NCBI GenBank assembly: GCA_028277865.1
Contig: JANQFM010000410.1
Coordinates: 1-30,374 of the forward strand
Direction of reading: 5' to 3'
DNA length: 30,374 bases
Source: Acidobacteriota bacterium
GTDB taxonomy: Bacteria > Acidobacteriota > UBA6911 > RPQK01 > DATIPO01
Part shown: positions 29,287 through 30,374 of the stretch, one piece after another
How positions within the stretch are numbered: the stretch's first letter is position 1
Layout: each line of letters begins with the position of its first letter
Notes under the pieces: generated by a model
What the model was told of the DNA's origin: nothing
What the model saw: only the letters and a program-made list of their open reading frames with translations
The model's database searches: none
Made by a program: the position numbers and the translations under genes

Positions 29287-29922
29287 TCAAATCGACTTGG
29301 TCACGGTCACATAGCTCCCTTTGCTTCCCGGCACGCCGCCCTTGACCAGCAGCAGGTTGTTGTCAGAATCGATCTTGACCACCCGCAAGTCGCGGATCTT
29401 GACGCGTTTGGAGCCCATTTGGCCGGGCATCTTCATGCCCGGGTAGACGCGGCTGGGAGAGGCGCTGGCCCCAATGGAGCCCGGCGCGCGGTGAAACATC
29501 GATCCGTGGGTCGCCCGGCCGCCGTGTGCGCCGTGACGCCGCATGACGCCCTGGAAGCCGCGCCCGATCGATTTGCCGGCCACATCCACATACTCGTCCA
29601 CCTCGAAGACATCCCGGACCAGGATGTTGTCCCCCCGCTTGAGAGGCTGGTCCTGAGTGTCCCTTTCCTTGAACTCCCGCAAAATGCGCGTCGGCGGAAC
29701 CCCGGCCTTATTGAAGTGGCCTTCCATGGGCTTGTTGGCCTTGGGCGGCTTGCGCACCTCGACCAGCCCCAGCTGCACGGCCTCATAGCCGTCTTTTTCG
29801 ACGTTCTTCCTTTGAATGACCACACAGGGGCCGGCCTGGATGACGGTCACCGGCACCACGTTGCCATTCGAGTCGAAGACCTGGGTCATACCCAGTTTCT
29901 TCCCGATCATACCGTTGACCAT
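29287..29922 (-). CDS. rplC: 50S ribosomal protein L3
   Basis: [54 protein letters not shown]. Confidence 0.99.
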   Translation of the reverse strand: MVNGMIGKKLGMTQVFDSNGNVVPVTVIQAGPCVVIQRKNVEKDGYEAVQLGLVEVRKPPKANKPMEGHFNKAGVPPTRILREFKERDTQDQPLKRGDNILVRDVFEVDEYVDVAGKSIGRGFQGVMRRHGAHGGRATHGSMFHRAPGSIGASASPSRVYPGMKMPGQMGSKRVKIRDLRVVKIDSDNNLLLVKGGVPGSKGSYVTVTKSI

Positions 29923-29925
29923 GTC

Positions 29926-30252
<327 letters not shown>

Positions 30253-30276
30253 CTCTCACTCCGCCTTGCGGTTTGC

Positions 30277-30374
30277 TTACTCGGTCACCTCGGAGATGGT
30301 TCCGGCGCCGACGGTTCGTCCCCCTTCGCGGATGGCGAAGCGCAGCCCCTTCTCCATGGCGATGGGGGTGATCA
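30277..30374 (-). CDS. tuf: Elongation factor Tu, C-terminal fragment (5' part off the window)
   Basis: Hand translation ..[31 protein letters not shown]. Confidence 0.97.
   Translation of the reverse strand, partial: ITPIAMEKGLRFAIREGGRTVGAGTISEVTE

Overview
GC-rich bacterial window, most likely Acidobacteriota. This is inferred from an ADOP-like duplicated permease, a PEP-CTERM gene, a PPC-domain secreted protein, and SecY/L6/L14 sequence quirks. The right half (14.0-30.4 kb, all minus strand) is the contiguous tuf-S10-spc-alpha ribosomal superoperon (tuf 3' end to rplQ). infA is absent from its usual map-rpmJ position, and several enlarged spacers hold inverted heptamer-repeat hairpins. 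The left half is mixed housekeeping and accessory DNA. It starts with a minus-strand unit with its own sigma70 promoter: a small secreted 6-Cys peptide, a TonB-C/rhodanese fusion and a divergent MacB/FtsX-type permease running off the window. This unit is the best candidate for an undescribed system. Next come divergent clpB and hsp20-grpE with a shared CTTG-N16-ATCTTA promoter motif, a solo amrB (MEMO1), a probably leaderless ruvC, a REP-like hairpin cluster and a secreted PPC-domain protein. The last left-half genes are a Tat-signal class V PLP enzyme with a DinB protein, and a PEP-CTERM gene under a sigma54/IHF/enhancer-like promoter. No tRNA, rRNA, CRISPR array or transposase was seen. All family calls come from motif recognition by eye; no database search was run.
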